From: Eledone cirrhosa
Lineage: Eukaryota
Assembly: GCA_964016885.1 (NCBI GenBank)
Contig: OZ024741.1
Coordinates: 400,086,001-400,150,000, forward strand
DNA: 64,000 nucleotides
Direction of reading: 5' to 3'
This document shows, in pieces, positions 26,777-44,796 of the stretch. A program made the translations under genes and the position numbers. Below the pieces are notes generated by a model. It had not been told where the DNA came from. It searched no databases and was given only the letters and a program-made list of their open reading frames with translations. Numbering within the stretch: position 1 is the first letter of the stretch; every line of letters begins with the position of its first letter.

Positions 26777-29700
26777 ATCATCATCATCATCATCAGGTTT
26801 AGCGTCCGTGTTCCACGCTTGCATGGGTTTGGACGGGGGTTTTCCCACTTGAGGCAAGAGTGGTTGTCTTGCTCGCATAGGACTGTCTGGCGGGTTTTCT
26901 ACAGTTGGATGCCCATCCTAACACCAACCACATTTACAGTGTGGGGCTGGGAGGTTTTTACCGTGTTGCCTACACGGCCACATTTACAGCGTGGACTGTG
27001 TGTTTTTTGTCGTGACACCTACACGATGTCATTTGTTTCGGCCTGGATGTTGTGGGACCAACATAACTTTACATTGAAAGGGGCGGTGTGGAGGTGGTGG
27101 GACGGGGGTGTGTTTTGATAGAGATGCCTACTGACTGTAGTAGGTTTTTACTTTGTATTTAGGTAAGGCAGGTCTTCTCTATTACTGAGTACCGCCAAAG
27201 GTCTCGGTCCAGTGACATTGTCTTGGAGAGGTGTAAGCGTGTGAGGTCGGAATTTATCAGCTCGTCCCATGTTTTTCTGGGTCTGCCTACTCCGTGGCTA
27301 CCGTCTATCTTTATTGCCCTGCACTTTGTTATACAGCTGTCGTCTTTCATGCGCGTCACGTGACCGTACCAACGTAGCCTTCTCTCGAGTAGACAACATC
27401 TGATCCCTCTTATTTCTAATTTTTTCCTTAGTTCGTTTATGCTTTGCCGTTCACGTATATTACTATTGCACATCCAGCGGAGCATGCAAGCTTCGTTCCT
27501 CTCTAGTCTGCGTATATCCTCTGCACACAATGCCCAGGTCTCACTGCCATGCAGCATTGCTGTTCGTATGCAGGCATCGTATAACCTGCCTTTCATTTTT
27601 AGGGAGAACCCTCTAGCGGCTAATAGTGGTATAAGCTCTCTGAACTTTTTCCATCCAGTTCTGACTCTAGCTACTGTACTTTCAGAGCACCCTCCCCCAC
27701 TGCTGATTTTGTCACCCAGATAACGGAAGCTGTCCACTATTTCTATAGAACCCTCTGCGCAGTTGAAGGAGCTAGTATTTTGTGGGCACTTGCTGCTACT
27801 TATTGCACCAGAGCACCGGCCACATGTAAAATCTATGTTCTTAGTTAGCTTACCTGTGATCCCACTACATCTTTTATGCACCCATACTTTGCATTTGGGA
27901 CATAAAATGGAGTTTCTACCTACGCCTTTCCTACACACTGAGCATGGCCATTTCCCAGATGGGACCGCCGCCTTATTTTCTTTCCTACAAACTAGAACTT
28001 TAGTCTTAGCCAGGTTAATTTTAAGGCCTTTTGATTCTAGGCCGTGCTTCCATGTTTGGAATTTCTCTAGTTCGGTCATTGATTCAGCTATGAGCGTTAG
28101 ATCATCTGCGTATAGGAGTTCCCATGGGCAGCCGGTCTTGAACTCCTCTGTTATAGCCTGAAGGGCAATAATAAATAGTAGGGGGCTAAGAACAGAGCCC
28201 TGATGGACACCAACTTTTACGCTAAACTCTTCACTATATTCGTTGTTAATTCTAACCTTACTGACTGTTTCTTTATACATGGCTTGTATAGCTCTCACAA
28301 GCCATTCGTCAACACCTAGTTTTCTAAGAGACCACCAGATAATGGAACGGGGGACTCTGTCGAAGGCTTTCTCCAAGTCGACGAAAGCTAAGTATAGGGG
28401 TTTACTTTAAGCTAGGTACTTCTCCTGTAGTTGTCGTACAATGAAAAGAGCGTCTGTGGTACTTTTGCCTGACACAAACCCGAACTGCATTTCATCTAGA
28501 TCAATTCTCTCTCTGATTAGTTGCGCTATTACTTTTTCCGTGACCTTCATGACCTGGTCGATTAATTTAATGCCTCTATAGTTACTCCTATCTAGGGCAT
28601 CTCCTTTTCCCTTATAGCAGTTAACGATGATGCTGCTACGCCATTCCTTCGGAACAACCCCATTCTGTACGACTTGGTTAACTATCCGGGTGACCATGGT
28701 GTGTCCCACCGAACCAGATGCCTTCAGCATCTCAGCAACTATTTCCGAAGGCCCAACCGCCTTACCCGTCTTCATATCTTTGATTGCCTTACTTATTATA
28801 CTACCTTCAACTAACACTGCTGGTCCCTCTATTGGATCGATCTGGGGGAGACTGTCTTTCTCCCATTTGTTCTCCTCATTTAGAAGCCTTTCGTAGTGAC
28901 ACTTCCAAGCTAACTTCTTATCAGCGTCGGTGATGGCAAGTATGCCATCATCGTTAAGTACACACTTCTCCCCGACAATATCACGGTTTTCCTTGACACA
29001 TTGCCTGGCAATCCTGAACACCTCACGTTTTTGGTCCTCACGTTGTAGAACATGCTTGAACTTTCTTTGCTCTGCTTCCCTTCTTGCGAAGTACACTTGT
29101 CTCCTAGCTTCCCTCCTGGCCACTTGATAGTCTTCTCTACTTCCCCCATCCCGCCATACTTTCCAAGCCTGCTTTTTGGCCTTAATTGACTCCTCCACCT
29201 TACTGTTCCACCACCATGTTACTCTCCTCCTACCTACAGGCCTGCTCCAGCCACAGACTTCGTCTGCCGCCGTCAGCAGGTTTGCTCTCAGGAATTCCCA
29301 CTGTTCCTCTATATTATACGACTCTAATTGCTCTTCCTTACTGTCGAAAGCGTCAAGTAATATGCTTTGAAATTTATTTCTGGCTATGGGGTCCTTTAGC
29401 TTCCATATTTTTCTCCTGAGGATAGTCCTCTTCCGCTGTCTAGTACGTCTCGTCCTGACTATGAGGTTGCTAATTATCAGTCTATGTTGGGAGGTGAATT
29501 CTTCATGGGGGTGGGATTTAGTGTTAACAACAGACACTCTGTCACGTCTTCTGGTAAGGATATAATCTACCTGGCTTGTGTGTTCCCCCGATCTACAGGT
29601 GATCAAGTGATTGTCTCGTTTTTTGAAGTTAGTGTTACAGATAGTTAAGTTATTTGCGTCGCAGAATTCCAGGATTCTGGAGCCTTCCTCATTTCTAGTA

Positions 29701-30294
29701 CCGAACCCATAGCCTCCATGGATTCCATCATAGCCGTCACAATGTTGTCCAACGTGACCATTTAGGTCGCCTGCAATAACTATATAGTCACTGTCGGTTA
29801 TTTGGGAGGTAGCGAGCATCAGTGTCTCGTAGAATCTGTCTTTTATAGCGCCGGGCAGTCCGGATTGGGGTGCGTACGCAGATATTACTGTCACCGTAGT
29901 TTTATTGAGGACAAGTCTTATTTTAATTATTCTGTCGTTCACTCTATTTACGTCTATTATCTTATCTGCCCACTTTTCTGCTACCATGATTCCTACCCCA
30001 CCCAACCCATTGTCATTTCCCACCCAGAAAAGCTTATAGCATCGTTCTTTACCCACGATGAATCTAGCCGACCCTCCCCTCCACCTGGTCTCTTGAATAC
30101 AACAAACATCGACCTCCTTACGTTCAAGCATTTCTACAACCTCGTTAGAGCGACCCTTTAAGGTGCCTACATTTATGGTACCAACTCTGAAGTTTTGGAT
30201 TGCGTTTGGAGGGTGGGAGCGGTGGGGCGTGGGGGGTTATGTTAGCCAGCCTGGGCCGAAACAAGGAGGAGTGCTTGCATTCTCGTCCTTGTCG
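26777..30294 (-). mobile_element. RTE copy 5, subfamily A, near full ORF
   Basis: ORFs 28407..30131 and 27159..28376 are in the same frame, split by AAA>TAA at ~28407. Near-identical to copy 1. Confidence 0.95.
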
Positions 30295-33005
<2,711 letters not shown>

Positions 33006-36000
33006 ATCATCATCATCATCATCATCACCGTTTTACGTCCGTTCTTCCACGCTAGCATGGGTTAGACGGGTTGTCCTGTTGTGGGCAGTGTCTGGTCGGC
33101 TGACCATGCCTTGCTCATACAGGAACTGATCTGGCTTGATTTCTACAGCTGGATGCCCTTCCTAACACCAACCTCATTTACAGTGAGTGCTGGGTGCTTT
33201 TTCGTGGCGCCTACACGTCCACTTTACAGTGTGGGCTGGGTGCTTTTTTTGCCGTGGCACCTCCACGGCCACCTTGCGGTGGGGGGGGGGCATATTGTTT
33301 ATATGCTTCAGCATGTACCCATGGGAAGTCGGGTACCCTGTATTACTGCGTGACGCCAGAAGTCACGGTCGTGTGTCATTGACTTTGAGAGGTGTAGTTG
33401 GGTAAGGTTGGCTTTTATCACCTCATCCCAAGTCATCTTGGGTCTCCCCACTCCGCGGTTTCCATCAACTTCTAGTGCTCTGCACCTTTTTATGCAGCTG
33501 TCATCCTTCATACGCATCACATGTCCATACCAGCGTAACCGCCTCTCCTGCACGCAGCATTTGATTCCTCTTATGCTCAGTCTCTCTCTCAATTCCTTTA
33601 TGCTTTGTCGTTCACGTATATTACTGTTACACATCCATCGGAGCATGCAGGCTTCGTTTCTCTCTAATCTATGTAAGTCTTCCACCTTCAGCGCCCAGGT
33701 CTCACTACCATGCAACATCGCTGTTCGGATACACGCATCATACAGTCTGCCTTTCATTCTGAGGGAGAAGCCTTTTGCAGCTAGCAGTGGTAGTAGTTCC
33801 CTAAACTTCTTCCATCCCGTTCTTACCCTAGTTATTGTACTTTCTGAGCACCCACCTCCGTTGCTAATTCGGTCACCTAGGTAGCAGAAGCTGTCTACTG
33901 TTTCTACAGGGCCCTCCCAGAGATTGGTGGTACTTGTTTCCTGTGGCTGTTTGCTTGCTGTTTCAGCACAGCTGCTGCATGTGAATCCTACATTCTTAAT
34001 TAAGCTTCCTGAGATCCCGCTACATCTCTTGTTTACCCATTGTTAGCATTTGGGGCAGAGAATGGAGTTCCTACCTACACCTTTCCTACATACTGAGCAA
34101 GGCCATTTCCCTGAGGGGATCTGGGTTCTGTTTTCTCGTCTACTTATAAGGACCTTAGTCTTTGTCATGTTGACTTTGAGACCCTTTCTCTCTAGTCCCT
34201 GCTTCCAGGTTTGGAATTTATTCTCTAGTTCTACCATAGATTCAGCTATGAGTGCGAGGTCATCAGCATACAGGAGTTCCCATGGGCATCCGGTCTTAAA
34301 CTCCTCCGTTATTGCCTGCAGGACTATGATGAACAGGAGAGGGCTAAGAACAGAGCCCTGGTGGACCCCAACCTGTACGCTAAATTCCTCGCTATACTCA
34401 TTGCCAATCCTAACTTTGCTGACTGCTCCCCTATACATGGCTTGTACCGCTTTCACAAGCCATTCATCTACTCCTAGTTTTCTAAGAGCCCACCAGATTA
34501 CTGCACGTGGAACTCTGTCAAAGGCTTTCTCAAGGTCGACAAATGCCAAGTAGAGTGGCTTACTTTTAGCTAGGTACTTTTCCTGTAATTGCCTCACAAG
34601 GAAGAGGGCATCAGTGGTGCCTTTCCCTGGTACAAACCCAAATTGCATCTCGTCTATATTCACCCGGTCCCTAATCAGCTGTGCTATAACTCTTTCTGTT
34701 ACTTTCATGACCTGGTCCATCAACTTTATACCTCTATAGTTTCCTCTATCTAGTGCATCGCCTTTACCTTTGTAGCAGTTGACAATGATGCTACTGCACC
34801 AATCTTTTGGTATGGCCCCCTCTAGTATTACCTGGTTAACGATACGTGTGGTTATAGTGTGACCTACAGACCCAGATGCCTTCAGCATCTCGGCAGCTAT
34901 ACCCGATGGACCGGTTGCCTTCCCTATCTTCATATCTCTGATTGCCTTACTTACTACGCTGCCGCTGACTTGTACTGCTGGTCCCTCTATAGGGTCTACG
35001 TGGGGTAGGGTCTCTTCTTCCCATGCATTCTCCTCATTTAGTAATCTATCATAATGACTCTTCCATGCATCTTTCTTCTCAGCACTTGTGAGGGCAAGCT
35101 CACCTTTATCATTCCGGATACACTTCTCTCCAATGACATCACAACTATCTCTGACACACTGCCTCGCAATCTTGAATACTTCCTGTTTCTGGTCCTCACG
35201 TTGTAAAACATGCTTGAATTTTCTATCCTCTGCTTCCCTCCTAGCTAAGTATACTTGTCGCCTAGCTTCCCTCTTGGTCTCTATGTAATGTACCCTGCTC
35301 CCCCCGTTCTTCCATTCTTTCCATGCCTGTCTCTTGGCCTTGACTGCTTCATCTACCTTATTGTTCCACCACCAAGTCACTCTCCTCCTGCTTGAGGTCT
35401 TACTCCAGCCACAAACCTCATCCGTCGCCTCTAGTAAGTTATTTTTTAGGAACTCCCAGTTCTCTTCTACGTTAAATGTCTCTATCTGTTCTTCTTTACT
35501 GTCGTAGGCGTTGAGTAAAATATCTTTAAATCTGTTACTGGTTGAGGGGACTTTCAGCTTCCAGATCTTTCTTCTCCAGGTTGGCCTCTGTTTCAGGGCT
35601 CGTCTAGTTCTGACCGTGAGGTCGCTGACAACTAAGCTATGTTGGGATGTACATTCCTCACTAGGGAAGGCTTTTGTGTTTACGACCGTCCATCTGTCAC
35701 GTCCTCTGATGAGGATAAAATCTAACTGACTAGAGTACTCCCCTGATCTATAGGTGATCAGGTGGTTGTCGGGTTTTTTAAAGTTTGTGTTGCATATCGA
35801 CATGTCATTGGCGTCGCAGAATTCTAGAAGTCTGAATCCTTCCTCATTCCTTGTGCCAACTCCATGGCCTCCATGTACTCTATTGAAGCCGTCGCAGTGT
35901 TTACCTACGTGTCCGTTAAAATCTCCTGCAATGATTAGGAAGTCCTTGTCGTCTGTTAGAGCAGTAGTGTGTATTAGGGACTCGTAAAACCTATCCTTAA

Positions 36001-37937
36001 GTTCGTCTGGCAGCCCCGATTGGGGTGCGTAAGCTGATATTATTGTGGTAATTGTCTTATTCAGGACTAGTCTGAGTTTAATGATTCTTGCATTTACCCT
36101 GTACACTGAGATTACTTTATCTACCCACTTGTCAGCTAATAGTATACCTACACCACCCATCCCATCGTGATTTCCCACCCAGAAAAATTTGTAGCACTGG
36201 CTTTTTCCTACAAGGACTCTAGCAGACCCTCCTCTCCATCTAGTCTCTTGCACACAGCATACATCAACTTCCTTTCGCTCTAGCATTTCTACGATTTCTC
36301 CTGCTCTTCCTTTCATTGAGCCTACATTGATGGTACCAACTCGGAGTTTTGGGCATTTGTCGACACTCGTAGGGGAGGGTCTCTGGGTTGGCGCTTCACG
36401 TGGGTGCTTGGTAGCTCGCAGATTCATATTTCATCTATTGATTCAGAGTTGCTCGTGTATTCCCAGCTCATCCATCCATAACGGTGGGAAAATTGAGGGC
36501 TAGGAGAACAGTGGTGGTGGGGTAATGGCAGGGTGTGTTGGGATGCGCCAGAGGAGGAGAGAGTTAGTTAGGCAGGTAGTAGCAGCAGCAGTGGAAATGA
36601 CATGCTAGGTTTGATTGGTCGAATAGACTATGGTGGTGTGTGGGGGTGGGGGGAGGGAAATTGTGAGGTAGGAACTGAGGGTCGCATGGTAAATATCCAA
36701 GTTAATACTACATCAGTAAAATTAACAATAATAACGTCATGAAAAACTACTAAGAGAAACCCTCGAAAATTTATCGCTAATACAGCAGGGAAAATTTAAC
36801 GCTAATACAGCAGGGAACATCATAATATTAACGACAATATGTAGGCTAAAATACCTTCGTAAATTAGATGGATGGCTGGCTGGAAAAATTGGAATCAGCT
36901 CTAGTGATACGTTTTAGCAGAGAAGAATGGGAAAGTGTCTTATCTCTTCAATATTTTCAGATTGAATGAATTAGGTTAAAGACAGGGTAGTAAGCCTTAA
37001 CGAAGTGCATAGAGAGGGCGGGGGTAGGAACTGAGGGTCGCATGGTAAATAACTGAGAGAGATACAATAGGATTAGAATACCGCATGGTAAATATCCAAG
37101 TTAATAAGTTAATACTTCATCAGTAAAATTAACAATAATAACGTCATGAAAAACTACTAAGAGAAACCCTCGAAAATTTATCGCTAATACAGCAGGGAAA
37201 ATTTAACGCTAATACAGCAGGGAACATCATAATATTAACGACAATATGTAGGCTAAAATACCTTCGTAGATTAGATGGATGGCTGGAAAAATTGGAATCA
37301 GCTCTAGTGATACATTTTAGCAGAGAAGAATGGGAAAGTGTCTTATCTCTTCAATATTTTCAGATTGAATGAATTAGGTTAAAGACAGGGTAGTAAGCCT
37401 TAACGAAGTGCATAGAGAGGGGGGGGTAGGAACTGAGGGTCGCATGGTAAATAACTGAGAGAGATACAATAGGATTAGAATACCGCATGGTAAATATCCA
37501 AGTTAATAAGTTAATACTACATCAGTAAAATTAACAATAATAACGTCATGAAAAACTACTAAGAGAAACCCTCGAAAATTTATCGCTAATACAGCAGGGA
37601 AAATTTAACGCTAATACAGTAGGGAACATCATAATATTAACGACAATATGTAGGCTAAAATACCTTCGTAGATTAGATGGATGGCTGGAAAAATTGGAAT
37701 CAGCTCTAGTGATACATTTTAGCAGAGAAGAATGGGAAAGTGTCTTATCTCTTCAATATTTTCAGATTGAATGAATTAGGTTAAAGACAGGGTAGTAAGC
37801 CTTAACGAAGTGCATAGAGAGGGGGGGGTAGGAACTGAGGGTCGCATGGTAAATAACAGAGAGATACAATAGGATTAGAATACCGCATGGTAAATATCCA
37901 AGTTAATAAGTTAATACTACATCAGTAAAATTAACAA
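33006..37937 (-). mobile_element. RTE copy 6, subfamily B, apparently full length with tandem-repeat 5' region
   Basis: Frame 36427..33308 (3120 nt) is broken only by AAA>TAA at ~34043. Complete APE start (RVGTINVG, QETRW). Upstream tandem array. Confidence 0.9.
36668..37937 (-). repeat. Tandem array, ~3.2 copies of a ~402-bp unit
   Basis: gtaggaactgagggtcgcatggtaaat recurs at 36668, 37024, 37426 and 37828. Confidence 0.95.
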
Positions 37938-38235
37938 TATATATATATATATATATACACACACATACACATATATATATATATACACACACACATATAT
38001 ATATATATATATACACACACACATATATATATATATATATACACACACACATATATATATATATATACACACACACATATATATATATATATACACACAC
38101 ACATATATATATATATACACACACACACATATATATATATATATACACACACACATATACATATATATATATACACATATACACACATACATATATATAT
38201 ATACACATACATATATATATATACACACACATACA

Positions 38236-38273
<38 letters not shown>

Positions 38274-38278
38274 CACAC

Positions 38279-38311
<33 letters not shown>

Positions 38312-38536
38312 CACATATATACACACATACATATATATATATACACATATATATACACACATATATATACACACACATACATATATATATATACACACAC
38401 ACACATATATACACAAACATATATATACACACATACATATATATATATACACACACATACATATATATGTATATACACACATACATATATATATACATAC
38501 ACATACATATATATATATACACACATATATATATAT

Positions 38537-38577
<41 letters not shown>

Positions 38578-38688
38578 TACATATATATATATATATACAT
38601 ACACACACATACATATATACACACACATACATATATACACACATATACACATATATATATATATATACACACACATATATATATATAT

Positions 38689-38733
<45 letters not shown>

Positions 38734-39170
38734 TATATATATATATATACACACACATATATATATACACACACACATATATATATATACACACACATAT
38801 ATATATATATACACACACATATATATATATACACACATATATATATATATACACACATACATATATATATACACACATACATATATATATATACACATAT
38901 ACATATATATATACACATATACACACATACATATACACATATACACACATACATATACACATATACACACACATATATATACACATATACACACATACAT
39001 ATATATATATACACACACATACATATATATATATATACACACACACATTTATATATATACACACACATACATATATATATATACACACACACATATATAC
39101 ACACACACACATATATATATATATATACACACACACATATATACACACACACACATATATATATACACAC

Positions 39171-39207
<37 letters not shown>

Positions 39208-39464
39208 CACATATATATACACACACACACACATATATACACAAACATATATATACACACATACATATATATATACACACATATACATATATACACACAT
39301 ATACATATATATATATACACACATATATATATATACACACACATATATATATATACATACACACACATATATATATACATACACACACATATATATATAC
39401 ATACACACACATATATATATATATACATACACACACATATATATATACACACACATATATATAT

Positions 39465-39505
<41 letters not shown>

Positions 39506-39634
39506 TATATATATATATACACACACATATATATATATATATACACACACACATACATATACACACACACATACATATATATACACACACACATATATAC
39601 ACACACACATATATACACATATATATATATACAC

Positions 39635-39671
<37 letters not shown>

Positions 39672-39829
39672 TATATATATACACACATATATATACACAC
39701 ATATATACACACACACATACATATATATATATACACACACATACATTATATATATATACACACACACATATATATATATACACACACACACATATATATA
39801 TATATACACACACATATATATATATATAT

Positions 39830-39900
<71 letters not shown>

Positions 39901-40057
39901 TATATATATATATACACACACATATATATATATATCTACACACATATATATATATATCTACACACACATATATATATATATCTACACACACATATATATA
40001 TATCTACACACACATATATATATATATCTACACACACATATATATATATATCTACAC

Positions 40058-40088
<31 letters not shown>

Positions 40089-41190
40089 TATATATATATA
40101 CACACATATATATATATATACACACACATATATATATATATACACACACATATATATATATACACACATATATATATATACACACATATATATATATATA
40201 CACACATATATATATATATACACACATATATATATATATATACACACATCTATATATATATACACACATATATATATATATACACACATATATATATATA
40301 TACACACATATATATATATATACACACATCTATATATATATACACACATATATATATATATACACACATATATATATATATACACACATCTATATATATA
40401 TACACACATCTATATATATATACACACATCTATATATATATACACACATCTATATATATATACACACATATATATATATACACACATATATATATATATA
40501 CACACATATATATATATATACACACATATATATATATATACACACATATATATATATATACACACATATATATATATACACACATATATATATATACACA
40601 CATATATATATATACACATATATATATATATACACACATATATATATATATACACATATATATATACACATATATATATACACACATATATATATATACA
40701 CACATATATATATATACACATATATATATACACATATATATATATATATACACATATATATATACACATATATATATATATATACACATATATATATACA
40801 CATATATATATATATACACATATATATACACACATATATACACACACATATATATATATATATACACACATATATACACACATATATACACACACATATA
40901 TATATATATATACACACATATATACACACACATATATATATATATATATACACACATATATATACACATATATATACATATATACACATATATATATACA
41001 CATATATACACACATATATATACACACATATATATACACATATATATACACATATATATATACACATATATATATACACACATATATACACACACATATA
41101 TATATATATACACATATATATACACACACCTATATATATATATACACACACACACCTATATATATATATATATATATACATACACACACC

Positions 41191-41225
<35 letters not shown>

Positions 41226-41347
41226 CTATATATATATATATATATACACACACACCTATATATATATATATATACACACACACATACATACATATATATA
41301 TATACAAACATATATATACAAACACCTATATATATATACACACACAC

Positions 41348-41385
<38 letters not shown>

Positions 41386-41650
41386 CTATATATATATACA
41401 CACACATATATACACACACACCTATATATATATACACACACATATATACACACACACACACATATATACACACACCTATATATATATATATACACACACC
41501 TATATATATATACACACCTATATACATATATATACACACCTATATACATATATACACACACATATATATATATATACACACACATATACACACATATATA
41601 TACACACATACACACACACACACCTATATATATATACACACACACACACC

Positions 41651-41682
<32 letters not shown>

Positions 41683-41706
41683 ATATACATATACACACAT
41701 TTATAT
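37938..41706. repeat. (TA)n(CA)m microsatellite, ~3.8 kb
   Basis: Direct reading. Confidence 0.98.
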
Positions 41707-41863
41707 ATCATCATCGTTTAACGTCTATCTTCCACGCTAGCATGGGTTAGACGGAAATTGTCCCACTTGAGGCAACATTGGTCGGGTGACCGTGTCTCGC
41801 TCATATACGACTATCTGGCAGGTTTTCTATGGCTGGATGCTCTTCCTAACACCAACTACGTTT
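41707..41863 (-). mobile_element. RTE 3'-end fragment
   Basis: Reverse complement of the 3' end of copy 8 (ctaacccatgctagcgtggaagatagacgttaaacgatgatg). Confidence 0.85.
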
Positions 41864-41898
<35 letters not shown>

Positions 41899-41936
41899 CA
41901 CACACACATATATGCACACACACACATACATAACAT

Positions 41937-42266
41937 ATTTCATTTTACGTCCGCCTTTTCCCTGCTTCCAAGGGTGGGACGGGAACTGATTCTGGTTTGA
42001 TTTCTACAGATGGATGCCCTTCCTAACACCAACCTCATTTACAGCGAGTGCTGGGTGCTTTTTTGCTGTGGCACCTCCACGCCCACTTTGCAGTGGAATG
42101 ATATGGACCTCAGTCCCCATCATCTCATTTCTACAGCTGAGTAAACTGGAGCAATGTGAAATAAAGTGTCTTGCTCAAGGAAACAACACATCACCCGGTC
42201 TGAGAATTGAACTCACAACCTTTCAATTGCAAGGTCAATGCTCTAACCACTAAGCCATGTGCCTCC
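41937..42266 (-). mobile_element. tRNA-derived SINE with RTE-derived tail
   Basis: Minus-strand head GGAGGCACA, A-box TGGCTTAGTGG, B-box GAGTTCAATTC. The 3' half matches the RTE-B 3'UTR. Confidence 0.85.
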
Positions 42267-42326
42267 ATACATATATATATATATATATATATGTGCCGCC
42301 ATACATATATACATATATATATATAA

Positions 42327-42664
42327 GGCCAGTGGTTTGAGCATTGGCCTTGCAATCGAAAGGTTGTGAGTTCAATTCTCAGACCGGGTGATGTGTTGTT
42401 TCCTTGAGCAAGACACTGTATTTCACATTGCTCCAGTTTACTCAGCTGTAGAAATGAGATGAGAGGGACTGGGGTCCCTATCATTCCACTGCAAAGTGGT
42501 CGTGGAGGTGCCACGGCAAAAAAGCACCCAGCACTCACTGTAAATGAGGTTGGTGTTAGGAAGGGCATCCAGCTGTAGAAATCAAGCCAGAATCAGTTCC
42601 CGTCCCACCCTTGCAAGCAGGGAAAAAGCGGACGTAAAATGAAATTAATGAAAAATGAAATGAA
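42327..42664 (+). mobile_element. Second copy of the same SINE, head-to-head with the first
   Basis: B-box gagttcaattc; gtggaggtgccacggcaaaaaagcacccagcactcactgtaaatgaggttgg shared with 13293..13390. Confidence 0.85.
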
Positions 42665-42968
42665 TATTGATCACATGATAAAGTGGCAGCTCTGCAGGAG
42701 ATGGAGAAAGCAGGGATGCTGGTCCTTTCATAACATTATCATGAGCAGATGTGTTCGAGAGGGACCCCCTCCCTTACCATATTTCTAATGAAATACAGTC
42801 TAGGGTTTTCAAATAACCAAGAATTTGGAAAGATTTTAGTAATATCATTAGTATTCGCACTTAAGTTGGTGTTTGGAACATAATTTTAACCGTTTAGTTA
42901 CCAACTCGGCCAAAACCAGCTCTGGTTCTATGAAATAAAGTCACCCATTTTAAAGGTTTTCAATTTAA

Positions 42969-43208
42969 CCCTTTAGCATTTACATTATATATATACTATT
43001 GTCCAACCCTTGCAAGCAGGGAAAAGCGGACGTAAAACGATGATGATATTGTATATTTGTGATAAAGGCTTTATCTCACATAATATCGAATGTATGAAAT
43101 TTTAATATTATTTTGAGAACAATACCTTAACATCAGTATGAATGGCCAGTTATGACTGGTTTCAACAGAAAGAAGTGAGAATTCTGGCCGGATACAGCCG
43201 GTTTAAAT
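42969..43208. mobile_element. piggyBac-like MITE containing a ~45-bp SINE/RTE tail insertion
   Basis: TTAA|CCCTTTAGCATTTA. Insert ~43003..43046 is flanked by a tattgt duplication. Confidence 0.6.
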
Positions 43209-43251
43209 TAAAATTTTCCAACATAATTTTATATAAGAACCTTACATTAAG

Positions 43252-43620
43252 TGGAGGCTTCTAGTGTCCTTGTCCCAAGGACCACCTCTCTACTCACCAC
43301 CATTAGCACACCGTAGCAGTGGAGACTTCTGGGGTCCTTGGCCCTTCTAACCACCATCAACACACCGTAGCAGTGGAGACTTCTGGGGTACTTGGCCCTA
43401 GGACCACCTCCCTACTCACCGCCATTGGCACAGAGATGGCTACCCGCAGGTGTGAGCCTCACAAGCTGGACTGGCTCTTCCAGCTGATGTTAAGTGAGGT
43501 TTTTTTATTTTCACAGTTAATCTATCAGTCTTCTCCAATATGTTTGTGGTTGAACCTGTAGCAGTGGAGACTCCCAGTGTTTTGGGCTCCCACATCATTG
43601 GTAGGGCTGCAACTTGATTA
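43252..43620 (+). mobile_element. Degenerate RLE-type (CRE-like) non-LTR 3' fragment, locally duplicated
   Basis: Translates VAVETSGVLGP...LLTAIG...EP..LDWLFQ, resembling the restriction-like endonuclease C-terminus. Confidence 0.5.
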
Positions 43621-43658
43621 ACTGTAAAACAAAGACTGTCTATGTATAAATAAAAATA

Positions 43659-43758
43659 CAAGGTGTCCCAAAACATGTATACACACTTCAACAGCATTCT
43701 AACATAATGCCTGTACAAGTAATCAAAATGTGAATACATTTTTGGGGGACGCCTGGTG
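43659..43758. mobile_element. Tc1/mariner-like MITE
   Basis: TA-flanked, imperfect TIRs caaggtgtcccaaaa / ttttgggggacgcctg. Confidence 0.6.
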
Positions 43759-44264
43759 TATATATTAAAAAGTGTGCTAAGCAAGTGGAGTGTATGATAA
43801 AGTTATATCTGTATACAGCAGCGTGGGTAACTGAGATTGTGTCAATGTGTATATAAGAGTGTATACCATGTAAATAGCCACAAGGAAACGTATTTGATGG
43901 CTTTATATACCCATTCACTCTCAGTAGTAGTCTGAAATGAAATATATTAATTTGCAGATAATTAGCACTCTTGTTAGTAAATTAATTAAGATATTTTAAT
44001 ATATATAAAGTCTGCAGTGCTGAGACCGGGAAGTCTACAAATTAGGGGAGTACTCTATGCATGAAAAGAAGTAGAGTGGGTATAGAGGAAGGTAAAAATC
44101 CAACAACAGTGTACAAAATTGGAAAGGCTTCCCAAAAACAAACTACAACTGCTAGGTATCGTGGTCACGTTTTTACCTTTCACAATATATATATATCTCC
44201 AAATATCATTTGATTTTAACCATAGAAAATCTATTAAATGACAGTCAGAAAATAATTCATCTAC

Positions 44265-44796
44265 TAGCAGTGCAACCTACATGTGAGTGGAGTTCCACTG
44301 AAGCAAGTAGAGAAGTTAAAGTATCTTGGGGCCGTGTTCACGAGTGATGGAAGGTAGGAGGCTGAATTAAGTGCACAGATTGCAGGAGCTGATGCAGTAA
44401 TGCACCAGATTTGGCATTCGGTAATCAGAAGGGAGGTAGGAGTAAAAGCCAAACTCGCTATCTTCAATTTGGTATTCATGCCAACCCTTGAATCTTGGGT
44501 ATTGACCGAAAGAATATGATAGCAAATACAAACGGGAGAAATGGGGGTCCCTCCAAAAAAGTTTTTGGAGTAACGTCACCCGAGAGAGCTCAGAGATCAG
44601 AGTCACTCCAGATAAAGCCGCTAATTCTCTGAATTGAGAGATCCCAGCTCATATTGGTATTACAATGGAAAGAATTGCTGATTGACAGATTTTAAGGGCA
44701 CCAACCGGCAATAGACGCCGGGGTAGATCCCTAGCAAGATGGAAAATTTCCCTATTTTCCACACTCCTACTGGAAAATGGAGGCTAAATGATGATA
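44265..44796 (+). mobile_element. Old RTE/Rex3-like LINE 3' fragment
   Basis: Translates GVPLKQVEKLKYLGAVFTSDGR...AKLAIF with stops; later RRRGR. Confidence 0.7.

Noticed and set aside
37117-37123. Minus-strand CTGATGA in the 402-bp repeat
   Set aside because: Present in one unit only (others read CTGATGT); no GAAA or stem III.
36668-37937. CRISPR-like array
   Set aside because: Whole units are near-identical with no unique spacers, no cas genes, and the context is eukaryotic.
42195-42266. tRNA gene
   Set aside because: A and B boxes are present but there is no acceptor stem, and it continues into a SINE body.
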